The notes under the pieces are model-generated. The model was given only the letters and a program-made list of their open reading frames with translations. It did not search any database and was not told where the DNA came from. The position numbers and the translations under genes were made by a program. 64,000 nt of DNA from the human T2T-CHM13v2.0 reference genome, Homo sapiens, in the NCBI RefSeq assembly GCF_009914755.1, contig NC_060929.1; one strand, given 5' to 3'. Every line of letters starts with the position of its first letter. Within the stretch, counting starts at the first letter, position 1. This document shows positions 40,473-52,831 of this stretch, in pieces.

Positions 40473-40769
40473 AATTTATTTATTTATTTTGAGATGGAGT
40501 CTGGCTCTGTCACCCAGCCTGGAGTGCAGTGGCATGATCTCAGCTCACTGCAACCTCTGCTCCCGGGTTCAAGAGATTCTCCTGCCTCAGCCTCCCGAGT
40601 AGCTGGGATTACAGGTATGTGCCACCACGCCTGGCTAACTTTTGTATTTTTAGTAGAGTTGGAGTTTCATCATGATGGTCAGGCTGGTCTCAAACTCCTG
40701 GCCTCATGATCTGCCTGCCTCAGCCTCCCAAAGTGCTGGGATTACAGGTGTGAGCCACCATGCCTGGCC
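40473..40769 (-). mobile_element. AluS (Sg/Sc-like) element
   Basis: Antisense Alu with the 2-nt-shorter 'cctcatgatc'; TSD agactttattt / agattttattt. Confidence 0.95.
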
Positions 40770-40844
40770 AGATTTTATTTTTATAAACAAGAAAATAGCA
40801 TGAAATTCTTTAAAAATTTTGGTGGATAAACAACCTAGATAATT

Positions 40845-40920
40845 AAATTAGGAAAATTGCATATATATATATACACACACACATATATATGTATATATAT
40901 ATATGCAATTTTCCTAATTT
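40845..40920. repeat. Perfect 31-bp inverted repeat around a (TA)n/(CA)n microsatellite
   Basis: Arms 40845-40875 and 40890-40920 are exact reverse complements; 14-nt spacer. Confidence 0.95.
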
Positions 40921-42768
40921 TATTTTATATATATATATATATGGCACCAGAACTCCAGTTGAGATAAGAAGGAATGAATCCCCTGGCTTGGTCCAGAGGA
41001 CAACTTGAAGAGATGAACACAGGAGAGTGGAGGAGGACTAGAGCATTTGGAAGGAGTAGCCTCACTCAATCTTGAGAAGTTACCCCAAAACTCCACAATT
41101 AGGACAAAAGAATACCCAGGAATGAAGATGATGAATGGCTTTCTCATACACAATTTCCCCTACCTAACCTACCTAACTCAGGGTCTTGTGAAGAAGTAAT
41201 GAACCAATCATGTAACATGCATGGTAAATGACCATTTTATAGTTATTGCTATCATCATCATGGTTGTTACTGTTATTGCCTTGAAGTCTGTGCCAGGGGC
41301 CCACAGAAACCACATTAACTAACATATGTTTTCATCAACCAAGTGCTAGAGATTTTTCTTGGTGCTTTTTCCCTATTATCTTCATAAAATCCTGCCAGAA
41401 AGGACATGTTATAAATGAGGATCCTATGTCCTTGGCCAGTAAAGTAACATGTGACTGCAATGTAGTAAGCAGAAGAATCAGAGTTTGAGTCTTGGCTTCC
41501 CTGAACCTTACCCAGGAAGGTTGTAGGAAGAAGAAAGATATACAGGCAGGAAGGGTAGCTTTATATGATTTTCTTGCCAGTAGAAGAAAGTCCTGGGATA
41601 CGGGAGAGGTGAGGGAGGCTTCCCAGTGGCTCATGTTGGACATGCAGGACAAGATCAATTTCATGAAAGATGGGAGAGGCTGCTGGGCCCTATGCAGGAC
41701 TGCACTGGTGTGACACCTGTGGGGATGAAGAGGCTAGTAAAGTAAAAAAATAATAGGAAGGCTGCATCCTAGCAACATCAGCCAGCAAAAAAAAGCAACA
41801 GGGAAGGCATAGGCAAATAGAATTTGAGCTAAATAATACACAGTGCAGCATCAAAGAAGGTGCTGAATTTCAAATGCAATTCTGTGTGCACACAACTTAC
41901 CTAAATACTTACCTGTGTGTATGATTTGGCATATATAAAGATGTACATTGTAGCAATATTGGAAACAGTACAAATGCCCATTCATAATACGGACTATTAG
42001 GCAACAGTAAGGAAAAAAAAAGCTAGATCTATATATTCTGGCAAGAAAACTTATCCACATCACACTATTATTTTTAGAATACAGATGAATCATAGATTTT
42101 TTAAAACTTTAAATACTTAACATTTTTAATTGCTTACTATGAGAACATATTTCTGTATTTTTATGCTATTGAAAATGAATAAATAAATACCTAAGAGAAA
42201 TCTGTTTTTTCAGCAGCTTTAGTGAACGACATTCAGAAACAACTGATTGTGTTGTTACTGTTGAGGAGAGTGAAGGAGTTTATCATTCTTACCTCCACAA
42301 AGATAAAATGCCTTTGTGTTCCATAAACTCTTGCTATAAACAACTTGCAAACAACTCCCAAGGAGAAGCCTAGAATGAAGGGCTAGCTTTGCCCTAGGTA
42401 AGACAAATGTCTGTTTGGAAGTGTCGACAATGCCTTTTGTTGAAGGGCAGACTAACTTTTTATTTAGTTCATCTTCACTTTTTACTCATGATATTATTCA
42501 ATGATGTAGCATGACTATTCTGTGCTAGGCACAGTGCTAGTCTCTGCAACTGCAGTGATTACTGGGACAATCCTTGGGATATCATAGGAATTGTAGCAAG
42601 TGGTATATTTTCATTCACTCACTGCACAATAAGCAATACACCTAATAATGTATCTACGATACTCTTTCTTCCATAGTGATGTCCTTTTGATGTTAAAAGA
42701 AAAGTGCGCATTATTGTTTCTGTTGGTACAAAAAGGGATATTATGACAACTTAGAATTAACAATTTAG

Positions 42769-43064
42769 GGCCGAACGTGGTGGTTCATGCCTCTAATCCC
42801 AGCACTTTGGGAGGCCGAGGCAGTGGATCACCTGAAGTAAGGAGTTTGAGACCAGCCTGACCAATACGGTGAAACCTCATCTTTACTAAAAATATAAAAA
42901 TTAGCTGAGCGTCGTGGCGCACGTCTGTAGTCCCAGCTACTCAGGAGGCTGAAACAGGAGAATCGCTTGAACCCGGGAGTCAGAGGTTGCGGTGAACCAA
43001 GATCACACCACTGTACTCCAGCCTGGGCAACAGAGTGAGACATTGCCTCAAAAAAAAAAAAAAA
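42769..43064 (+). mobile_element. AluSx-like element
   Basis: Full Alu; TSD aattaacaatttag / aattaacaacttag. Confidence 0.95.
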
Positions 43065-43124
43065 AATTAACAACTTAGAATTAGATATTTTATAAGGCAA
43101 AAATAAAATTTTTAAAGCAGTCTA

Positions 43125-43359
43125 TGCTAGGCACAGTGACTCACATCTGTAATCCCAACACTTTGGGAGGTTGAGGCAGCTGGATCACTTGAGCTCACGA
43201 GTTCAAGACCAGCCTGGGCAATAGGGCAAAAGCTCGTTTCTACAAAAAATACAAAAATTAGCTAGGCATGATGGCTCATGCCTATGGTCCCAGCTACTTG
43301 GGAGGCTGAGGCTGCACACTACCTTGGGTGACAGTGAGACTCTGTCTCAAAAACAAAAT
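43125..43359 (+). mobile_element. AluJb-like element with right-arm internal deletion
   Basis: Right arm jumps from 'gaggctgagg' to 'ctgcacact'; TSD aagcagtcta / aagcaatcta. Confidence 0.9.
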
Positions 43360-44586
43360 AAGCAATCTACTTAAATAAGCCAGTGGTAAGTATCTGAAAA
43401 TTTTTCAGTCATCTGGACACATGATGACATCACAGACCTTTCCATTTAATAGGTAAATTGTCATAGAGAAACTGCATTTCTAGGGATGTTATTTGCAAAT
43501 ATTTTCCAGAAAATGATGAAGAAAGCTATCCATTTTTAAAATAAATGTGGCTTCTCATTGGTTTTCTACAGAACCTTAATTAGAGAATCAACAACTGTGT
43601 AAAATTCCTGATTTATCTTCAGAATGAAATATTCAACAGTAAACAGCTTACAAAATGACTTATAAGCCTCAAGAGGGGAGAGGGAAAAATGCAGGGTGAA
43701 GAAGAATACTTATTTAGCTTACTGTGTGTAGACTGTGCTATCCCATCCAGCTCTCTCATGTAGCCTTCATCCTTAAAAGTGCAAAAGCACAATCTGGGAA
43801 GTCTTCCAAAACCGTCTGTATAAGGAGGAAGCACTTGCCAGGACACAGGAAGCAGTTCTTCTAGTTTGTCACTGTTGTTTCAGTGAGCACTGCCAAAACT
43901 ATCCAGAAAGGTTTGAGTAATGGCAAGTGATGGAACATCTGAAATTTGAAATTTGAGATATGACCTGAGTCCAAAGCAAATGAACTGATTTTCTCTGGAG
44001 GCTAATAGTTTTTCTGTCAAGTATAAAATGAAAGGTTTCTAGGAAAATGAAGGCATTAATGGATACAGGATCTGACTCTGAGAAATCCAATATATTTAAT
44101 AAGTTGTTTGAAATTTCCTGGGTAGTTTCAACAGTGTAGCTGGACTATTAGGTATTATGAAAAGTTAAAAATTAGGGTTTTGTGCTTTAGTCTAGAATTA
44201 ACAACTTATTACAACTAAAATGTTGAAAAGTTCACCCTCTCTGAACCTCAGATTTTTATCTGTTGTTGAGTGTTGAACTAAATTATTTGTAAAGTTATAC
44301 TATCTTAATAGTACAGTTTCTAGATATACTGAACCAATCATCTTGACCTGGAAACATGATTTAATTAATTTTGAAAAATTAAAATGATTATTATAAAATA
44401 TTTTCAGGTATCATTGATCATCTTAATAATCTTATGAACCGTATGTTTTAGTTTCATTTTACATAGAGTTAAATGAGGCTATCAGAGAAGAGATAACTTT
44501 TCGATGGCCACAGATAACTCCTCTGGACTTTGTATCTTATTAATGGCCATTACAACAAAGTTTTCCATAATATAAATACTTTATTT

Positions 44587-44895
<309 letters not shown>

Positions 44896-46404
44896 ATAAA
44901 TACTTATTTTCATTGCTATACTATATGTTGTATCAGGGAAGAATGTGTATTTCATTCATATTTTATACACACAGCACTTGTAAACAGTTCTTGTAGATTT
45001 TAATGTCGAATTGAGGAGTGGCAGAACCAAGACCAAAAAGCGTGTTGGTTTACTAGGGGGCCATGATGGTTCTGGCATTGTGCACTCTATGTATAGCTGC
45101 AAGTGGATAGCATTTGCCTTCACCATCATGTGTTTTGTTTCTAAAAATCTTATAATTTTTAGTTTATGTGTTCTGTGTTACTATCTGATGATATATTTCT
45201 AAATTACTGGAGCTCAGTGAGTGATATGAGGTCAATATCTAGCCAACGTATTACTTGCCCTTGAATTTTTGGAAAACTGTCGCATTTTAAAGGTTTCAAT
45301 GAAGGAAGTTATCATTTACAGTTATTCTGTAGCTTGATGTCTATTATTTGTTAATGGTGACATTGTCCTGCCTATGGATTAGGAAGTAATTTAATAAAGG
45401 TGTAACTGTATCTTTTCAAATATTTTATTCATTTTTTATAAAGTAGATTTTTTTAGTTTGTTCTACTTGGTATATATGTATGTATATGTGTATATATACA
45501 TACACATGATGTATATACATATATTATGCTCCTGTTGTCTAATAATGTAATTTTGTAGATTTCCTAAAATGTGATAAAAATGCATACTTATTAAGGATTC
45601 AGAATTCTCTGAATTACTCTTGAAATCTCTATTACTTTCTTGAGTAACTTCTGTATTATTTGGGTATGATTGGCAGCAGGGGCCATTAAATATCTGTAGA
45701 TAAAAATGAATGAGTAAATGTATGACTGAATAAATGAATATTGCAACTCCTACTGGATGATGTAGTGGTTTGTTCATTACTGAATTCTGGCAAGCAGTAG
45801 TAAATGCTTCTGTGTAATTCACAATTAATACTTGTTGAATAAATTTATGAATACAAGAATAAAAATCAGTTTAAATTAATTTATTTTGTAGATGACAAAC
45901 AAAATGCAACTAATTAAGGCACTTGATCTTTCTAATTAGGTATATTATCAAGGCAGATTTTTAACTCCTAGTACAATATTCTAAAACTACGTCAGACAAT
46001 CATTTTCTTTGCCAAAATTCAGTCATGTAAGTACTGTATACTATGTTTCAATATATAGACTTCCTATTATTTTAAAATATATTTTATTGGAAGGTTCCAG
46101 AAAAAACCACAACTACCAATAGTAAAAATATATATAAAAGGTTAATCATTTTTATAATCAGGGTAAATTAGGCTAATGAGTTCTTATACCAGGGGCCTAA
46201 AATAAAGACAGTATTGTTTTGATCCTAAAGTAGTATTTTATAATCTATGATACATAATCCCATTAGATAATTGCTTAGCTCTTCACTGACTTTTGAGAAA
46301 TATTCTTCATTAAAAATTAAAATATGTTAATCCAGTGTGGTTTTTGTAGATGTTAGTCCACTGAGTCCTTAATTCAATTACTTTGTTATTTTACAAAAAA
46401 TGTA

Positions 46405-46551
46405 TTAATAACTATTATATTCATAGTATTGTGTTCAGTATAATTGTGGAACCAAAATAATCAAACAATATAGGCTTCTTGTTCTCAAAATATTTACCCC
46501 CCCATACTTTTTCTTTGAAAAAAATAGTTCGATTTATTATTTAAAATCATC
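46405..46551 (+). repeat. Local direct repeat, copy 1 (~147 bp)
   Basis: Aligns with 47404-47550, sharing blocks such as 'ttcagtataattg', 'aggcttcttgttctcaaaatattta'. Confidence 0.9.
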
Positions 46552-47009
46552 TTTTTTTTTTTTTTTTTTTGCTATGTCCTTAACAGTAAAGCCTAATGAG
46601 GTAAGTATACGCAGGTCACAGGGTTAAAAGGGAGGTGAGCTCATATCACCACATTGGGTTTGGTGATCTAATTTTTTAGCTCTTTATAAGCCCTATAGCA
46701 ACTGCAGCTTTTATCTACACAATTGAACAATCAATATTTGCGTGGTCCGTGTGATTAGTTTATACACTTCCTGAAAGAAGCTGAAGACTGCTGGCAAAAC
46801 AAATTATGTAATCCTTTTTGCTGATTTTTCTCTAATATCCTATGGCATTCAGAAATGGTTCCAGAATATATTCACAAAATGTAGTTTAGGAAAGAGTAAA
46901 ATCATGTATGCTGAAGTAATACAGCAATGAAAAGTCTACATGGCTTAATGGGAGTATTAAGAGGGTTAAAATGGAAAACATATGCATCTGCTTTATTAAT
47001 TCTTTAGTA

Positions 47010-47300
47010 ATCTGTTTCTTATTTGGTGATTTCTTCTCATTCAACCTCTCACTGCAACTACACCAATTCAGACCCACGTTATATCACACGCAGACCATTG
47101 CAACGGCACTCCTATTCTTTGCCACTTCAGTCCGCCTTGCACAATGCTTTCAGAGTAAACTCCCACATCACCAATGATCTTGTCACACTCCACTCAAAAA
47201 CATTCAATTACTTACCCAATAATTTGATTCAAGTTTATCTTATTAAATACTTTTTACTAGTCTTTGAAAATAAACTACTTCAAACTGTTCTACTCAACTT
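47010..47300 (+). mobile_element. L2 fragment
   Basis: 'ctctcactgcaactacacc...gaccattgcaacggcactccta...gatcttgtcacactccactcaaaaacattcaattacttaccca' follows L2 ORF2-end consensus. Confidence 0.55.
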
Positions 47301-47403
47301 CTACCCGCGAACACTTTTTCTATTTATATTTGCTCACTCTAATAAATGCCCTTTTAATTTTAGAGAGTAAACACGCCTTTTACTCTCTAAGTAACCAATA
47401 CTC

Positions 47404-47550
47404 TTAATAACTATTGTATTCATAGTATTATGTTCAGTATAATTGGGGAACCAAAAATATTAATCACTACAGGCTTCTTGTTCTCAAAATATTTAGATCC
47501 CCTCTACTTTTTATTTGAGAAAAAAAACTTGACGTTTATTTAAGATCATC
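47404..47550 (+). repeat. Local direct repeat, copy 2 (~147 bp)
   Basis: Homologous to 46405-46551, offset 999 bp. Confidence 0.9.
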
Positions 47551-48289
47551 ATATACTTTTTTTGACGATTAACAAAACAATGACAACAAAAATAATACTA
47601 CTAGTAAAAATAAAATATACATGTTTAATGTTTTACCTCAAATGTTACCTATCTTACAAAGGGTTTTGTTATCTACTCAACTGGTGGTAGTCTTGTCTCC
47701 CTCTTCCCTTCTTTAAGCATTGAATGCCTATAATATTCTTATGTGCTAATAATAACCTGATACTCTCTCTGTCCTAGGAAAAGTTTAAAATGCTTTAATC
47801 TCTCTTTCGGCTTTGCTGCCCCTGAGTCAGGTTAAATAGAAAGGAGAAAACCAATTTTTAAGGCAGCTGAAGCAGAGAAAGCATGGCAGAGATATTCACT
47901 CTGATTCTACAGCTGATCATAGACGTGTTGGAATGCGCCCTGAAACCCCACAGCTGAGCAATTAAGGGTTGTGTCTTTGATTCATATTTTGATACAAACA
48001 AATGGGAAGCCAAGAAAATCCTCCAAGAATCTTTTTCAGAACTCTAAGGAATCTATAAAGATATTTGAAAGGGCTTAAAGTTAAATCCATTCATAAGCAA
48101 TTTACATGAACAGCAAAATTTTACTCCAGCAGATCTCAGTGGAAAACGCTCGTTTATTCTTTATATTCAAAACTGGTTTGGGGTTGTTTTGCTCATAGTG
48201 TGGAATTACTAAGGCATACCAGAGTAGCATAGCTTACTTCTTGATGATTTAAGGTATTTTTCTTAATTTAATAGCCCTGTATGTCGATC

Positions 48290-48724
48290 AGCAAAGTCAA
48301 AAAGTGTCATTGAGGAGGTTTTTAATACGTAGACTATTTGCAAATATTTGGGAAAATTATAGAAAAACTAACAAGGAATGATGACACACTGCAGAGGTAG
48401 TAATATTTGGAAGCCTTATCCATCTCTTGGTTTGAAGGGTCAAGTAGAGAAAGCAGTTATTGTAATCTGGCAAGAACTATAGCTGTGGTTGTAATACAAA
48501 GGGCCATTATTTTAGGAGCTACGATCTGTAGAAGAAGAATGTGGTCATTGCCAAGTTCAAAATAAGCAAAGATGATGCTAGAAGAATAACTTTCCTGACC
48601 TCTTTCTACCCTCCATCTTTGACCAGTAGGACCCAAACTGATGAAGGTTACAGAGGCCAACCTCTAGGACATAGAACAGAGTGGAGAATAGAGCTGGAGA
48701 GACAAGCAGAAAATTTCCGACACA
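48290..48724 (-). mobile_element. LTR33-family ERVL solo LTR
   Basis: 'gactatttgcaaa...aactaacaaggaatgatga...ttgaagggtcaag...gagctggagagacaagcagaaaatttccgacaca'. Confidence 0.65.
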
Positions 48725-49619
48725 CCTCCCAAAGTCATGCCAAATGGGAACCAATTGGCACAGTCATTATATCACATTTGATTAATTACTTTAAGTTGAA
48801 AAAAAAAAGGCCGTAAGAGGAAATCTACGGAAAATATTGAAAATCTTTTCTGAAATCTGGATACTCATACCCAATATACCTCTTTACACATTCTTTGTGT
48901 AAAGTCTTTCATAGAATGGACCCAAAATGCAAACTTCCTAAAGTTAGAAAATAGAATTTTGCTGGATAGGATCACAAAAATCTGCCTCAGAGTTCTCTTC
49001 AGTAAATTACTCTTCATCACAATAATATGTAGATTATTAGTTTTTATAAGCCACACATTTTAACCTATTGCAACATTCTATTATAATAGATACAAGTCTT
49101 AAAAATAAAACAATTTAATATTTTCGTAGTATTGGTTGATCTAGCAGACTTTGATTCTGTGATTTTTGTACATAGTATATCTGTCCTTGAACTCAGGGGA
49201 ATGAGTTCAATATGGACTCCAGATTTTCATGAATCTTTGAATAATTACGATATACATTTACTCATGCATTATAAACTTTCTCATGGTCCAGTATATGCCA
49301 AACATTCTTCTAACTTCTGGGGCGAATAGTAGTGTCAGAGTAAAGACAAATGGAATTTCAATATGTCCTCAAGTATTAGGAAGTTTTTGATGTTCAGGCT
49401 GCTTTCTTCTGGACAAGACACAACTATAGATTTCCCATATTGACTTCTTCTTTTTTTCTTTTTAATGTGTAGTCAACAAATTAGATTTATTTTTACAGTA
49501 CACATTTATCAAGCTATAATTTTCGCAATGTTTTAATTCTGTTCTGAGGTCTACAGATACCTCTACATAAACACTAAAGCCAGTGATTTAATAATTATTT
49601 GTTTAGGTAGTATTCTAGA

Positions 49620-50110
49620 AGCTAGGAATTCAAGTTCACAGAGTTCTCAGTGAATCAGGATAGACTGATAATCACTATTATAAAATGTAGATGTCAACCA
49701 GATTATAAAGAGCCTTTTAAGTTTTGAAAATGAGCTTGATATTGTACTGCATCCAAATGACAACAGGAAGTCATTGACAAGCATGGAAATGACATAATCA
49801 CATTTACATTTTAGAAAGAGCTCCCAGATTACAGCATGGAGAATGCATGTGAAGCAGCCAAGCACTCCTATAATGTCATGAATTATACACTATTTAATGT
49901 ACCAGAATGCAAGATGGCAATGGCCTATCCTGGAGGACAATAAGGATGGAGAGAAATGAACTAATTCTAGAGGCATTTAGAAGGTAGAATTCTTGAGACT
50001 TTGTGATTAATATTATGTGATGAACCAGCAAGAGGAATCAAGAATGATGCCAACATGTGAAGCTTGGTCAGCTGAATAGGAGACAGCATAATTTACCAGA
50101 GTAAGAAATG
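49620..50110 (-). mobile_element. L2 fragment
   Basis: 'gacataatcacatttacattttagaaaga...aaggtagaat...gaggaatcaagaatgatgcc'. Confidence 0.75.
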
Positions 50111-50111
50111 A

Positions 50112-50275
50112 GGCCATGGGTGGTGGCTCACACCTGTAACCCCAGCGCTTTGGGAGGTGCGTGCCTATAGTCCCAGCTACTGGAGAGGTCAAGGCTGCAG
50201 TGAGCCACGATGGTGCCATTGCATCACTCCAGAGCCTGGGCAATAGAGCGAGACTCTGTCCTTAAGAAAAAAATG
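50112..50275 (+). mobile_element. AluJ-like element with two internal deletions
   Basis: Alu head joins mid-element 'gcgtgcctatagtcccagc', then jumps to 'gtcaaggctgcagtgagc'. Confidence 0.8.
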
Positions 50276-50949
50276 AATGATAAGGGTGGGGCATATTTGT
50301 TATTGAACCTTGTCATCAGGGTAAAGAAAGTTTCATAAAGTAAGTTAAAAATGTCATGTTACATTACGACCTCTAAAAATGGTTTAGTATCATGAAAATT
50401 AACTCTTTCTTTAAAAGGTTTATTTAAAAACTTGCCTGCAAACTATCTATATGCAATAATTTTTGGTGAGCATTATTTTAAAAATTGTTATCAATTTTTA
50501 ATTGTTTTTAACCTACTCATATTAACCCTTTTAAAAACAACTTTGATAATGCAAATTTTCCTTGTCCAGAAATTTCTGAATTACTAGAATAATATTTTTC
50601 ATAATATCTGAGTGTAGTTATATCCCATTTCCTATATACAAATGTGTTTTTAAAAATTAGACTTGTCATAAGATATAAGTTAGGAAGGATTTATTTATCA
50701 GCCAATTGTTAAAGCCTTTTCAGATTCACTGGTTTATTGCTTTTATATTATTCACCGGTTTATTGTTTTTACTATGGTTTTTAAATTCTTTTTCAACTTA
50801 TTTTATTTTTTGTCATTCTTCCACATTTAATAATTTGTATACTTAAAGTATTCATTTCACTTAAATGCATGTTTAACTACAATTTATTTGTTTTGAAAGC
50901 AAAAAATGAAAAATGGAGAAAAGATATCAGAATGTATAATTCATAATTT

Positions 50950-51900
50950 ATGAATATTACTGTACACACATATTGTTTGATGTATCACAAATATTCAGGA
51001 AATAATTTTAATTGAAAGAGTATACTTTATAGGCAGTCATACTTATTAAAATTGCTATCTTGATTAAAAATTTCTTGAGATTTGGCATGTAAATTGTATG
51101 AAGCTTTGTCTCATTGATTTTTTTTTGCTTTGAATTTTATTTCTCTTATGATTTTATCAATAGCCATCTATGACTTTGAAAACAACTTTTACTTGTCTTT
51201 TATGTCTTCTTGTTAATCTCTGTATTTTTACATTTCTGTACCATTTAATTTTAGGTGTCTCTTCTAAATCACATAGCCATTTATAATTTTAAATACAATC
51301 TTATATTTTTAATTTAATAAAATTGTTCAACTCATTAATATTTATTGTGATAACTGACATTTGGTCTATTTTTTCTGTTAGTTATGCTTTATATATTTTA
51401 TGAGTTCTTGCTGTTTGCTTTTTCTCACTTTTCTGTCATCAGCTACACAACGCGATTTCTTTATTCTCCTTATTCTCTAACAATGTAGAAGTTACGTATA
51501 TTATTTCTTTTCGACTAATGACTATCTTTACCTTATCTTATCTTGGACCTATGTTTTTGAATTAGTGTCATGAATGAACAGAAATCCAACCATTACCATC
51601 ACCTCCCCTGATTCTACCCTTAAACATACTGACCTATATGTTCTTTTCTACACTGTCTTCTTAAGTTTTAACTTTATTTGTTTTTTATTAGCTAGATTAT
51701 GCAAAGTAATTTATCTAGGAAAAACTTAAATGGCACGTTTTATGAGTCTGTATTGTTCTGAACTATTCTAAAGAAATATTACATGGCATAATCTATTCTT
51801 AATTGTCCAATTTTTCCCTGTATACATATCACCTCTATTTTAATCACATTAAAATGGAGGTGAGGCAAGTAAAAGAGACTTATGTGAATTCTAAGACATA
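50950..51900 (-). mobile_element. Very old L1M fragments
   Basis: 'ttttaggtgtctcttctaaatcacatagc...ttaatatttattgtgataactgacat'. Confidence 0.45.
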
Positions 51901-51932
51901 ATCTTACAGTTTAAAGATATACTCGGTAGACA

Positions 51933-52831
51933 GGAGGAGCCAAGATGGCCGATTAGGAACAGCTCCTGTCTACAGCTCCAAGCGTGAGCGATGCAGAAGA
52001 CGGGTGATTTCTGCATTTCCATCTGAGGTACCAGGTTCATATCACTAGGGAGTGCCAGACAGTGGGCGCAGGCCAGTGGGTGTGCGCACCGTGCATGAGC
52101 CAAAGCAGGTTGAGGCATTGCCTCACTTGGGAAGTGCAAGGGGACAGGGAGTTCCCTTTCTGAGTCAAAGAAAGGGGTGATAGACACACCTGGAAAATCG
52201 GGTCACTCCCACCCGAATACTGCGCTTTTCCAACCAGCTTAAAAAATGGCGCACCACGAGATTATATCCCGCACCTGGCTTGGAGGGTCCTACGCCCACG
52301 AACTCTCACTGATTGCTAGCACAGCAGTCTGAGATCAAACTGCAAGGCAGCAGCCAGGCTGGGGGAGGGGCGCCCGCCATTGCACAGGCTTGCTTAGGTA
52401 AACAAAGCAGCCAGGAAGCTAGAACTGGGTGGAGCCCACCACAACTCAAGGAGGCCTGCCTGCCTCTATAGGCTCCACCTCTGGGGGCAGGGCACAGACA
52501 AACAAAAAGACAGCAGTAACCTCTGCAGACTTAAATATCCCTGTCTGACAGCTATGAAGAAAGCAGTGGTTCTCCCAGCACGCAGCTGGAGATCTGAGAA
52601 CAGGCAGACTGCCTCCTCAAGTGGGTCCCTGACCCCTGACCCCCAAGCAGCCTAACTGGGAGGCACCCCCCAGCAAGGGCACACTGACACCTCACACTGC
52701 AGGGTATTCCAACAGACCTGCAGCTGAGGGTCCTTTTAGAAGGAAAACTAACAAACAGAAAGGATATCCACACCAAAAACCCATCTGTACATCACCATCA
52801 TCAAACACCAAAAGTAGATAAAACCGCAAAG
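51933..52831 (+). promoter_or_regulatory. L1 5' UTR with internal sense and antisense promoters
   Basis: YY1 site CAAGATGGCCG at 51941-51951; full-length UTR, partly CpG-decayed. Confidence 0.8.

Noticed and set aside
47010-47300. C/A-rich stretch superficially resembling a NUMT
   Set aside because: Motif order fits the L2 consensus, and no mitochondrial gene frame is recognisable.
50724-50775. 26-bp tandem duplication (similar small ones at ~9373, 16250, 30690, 61860)
   Set aside because: Ordinary slippage duplications with no sign of function.
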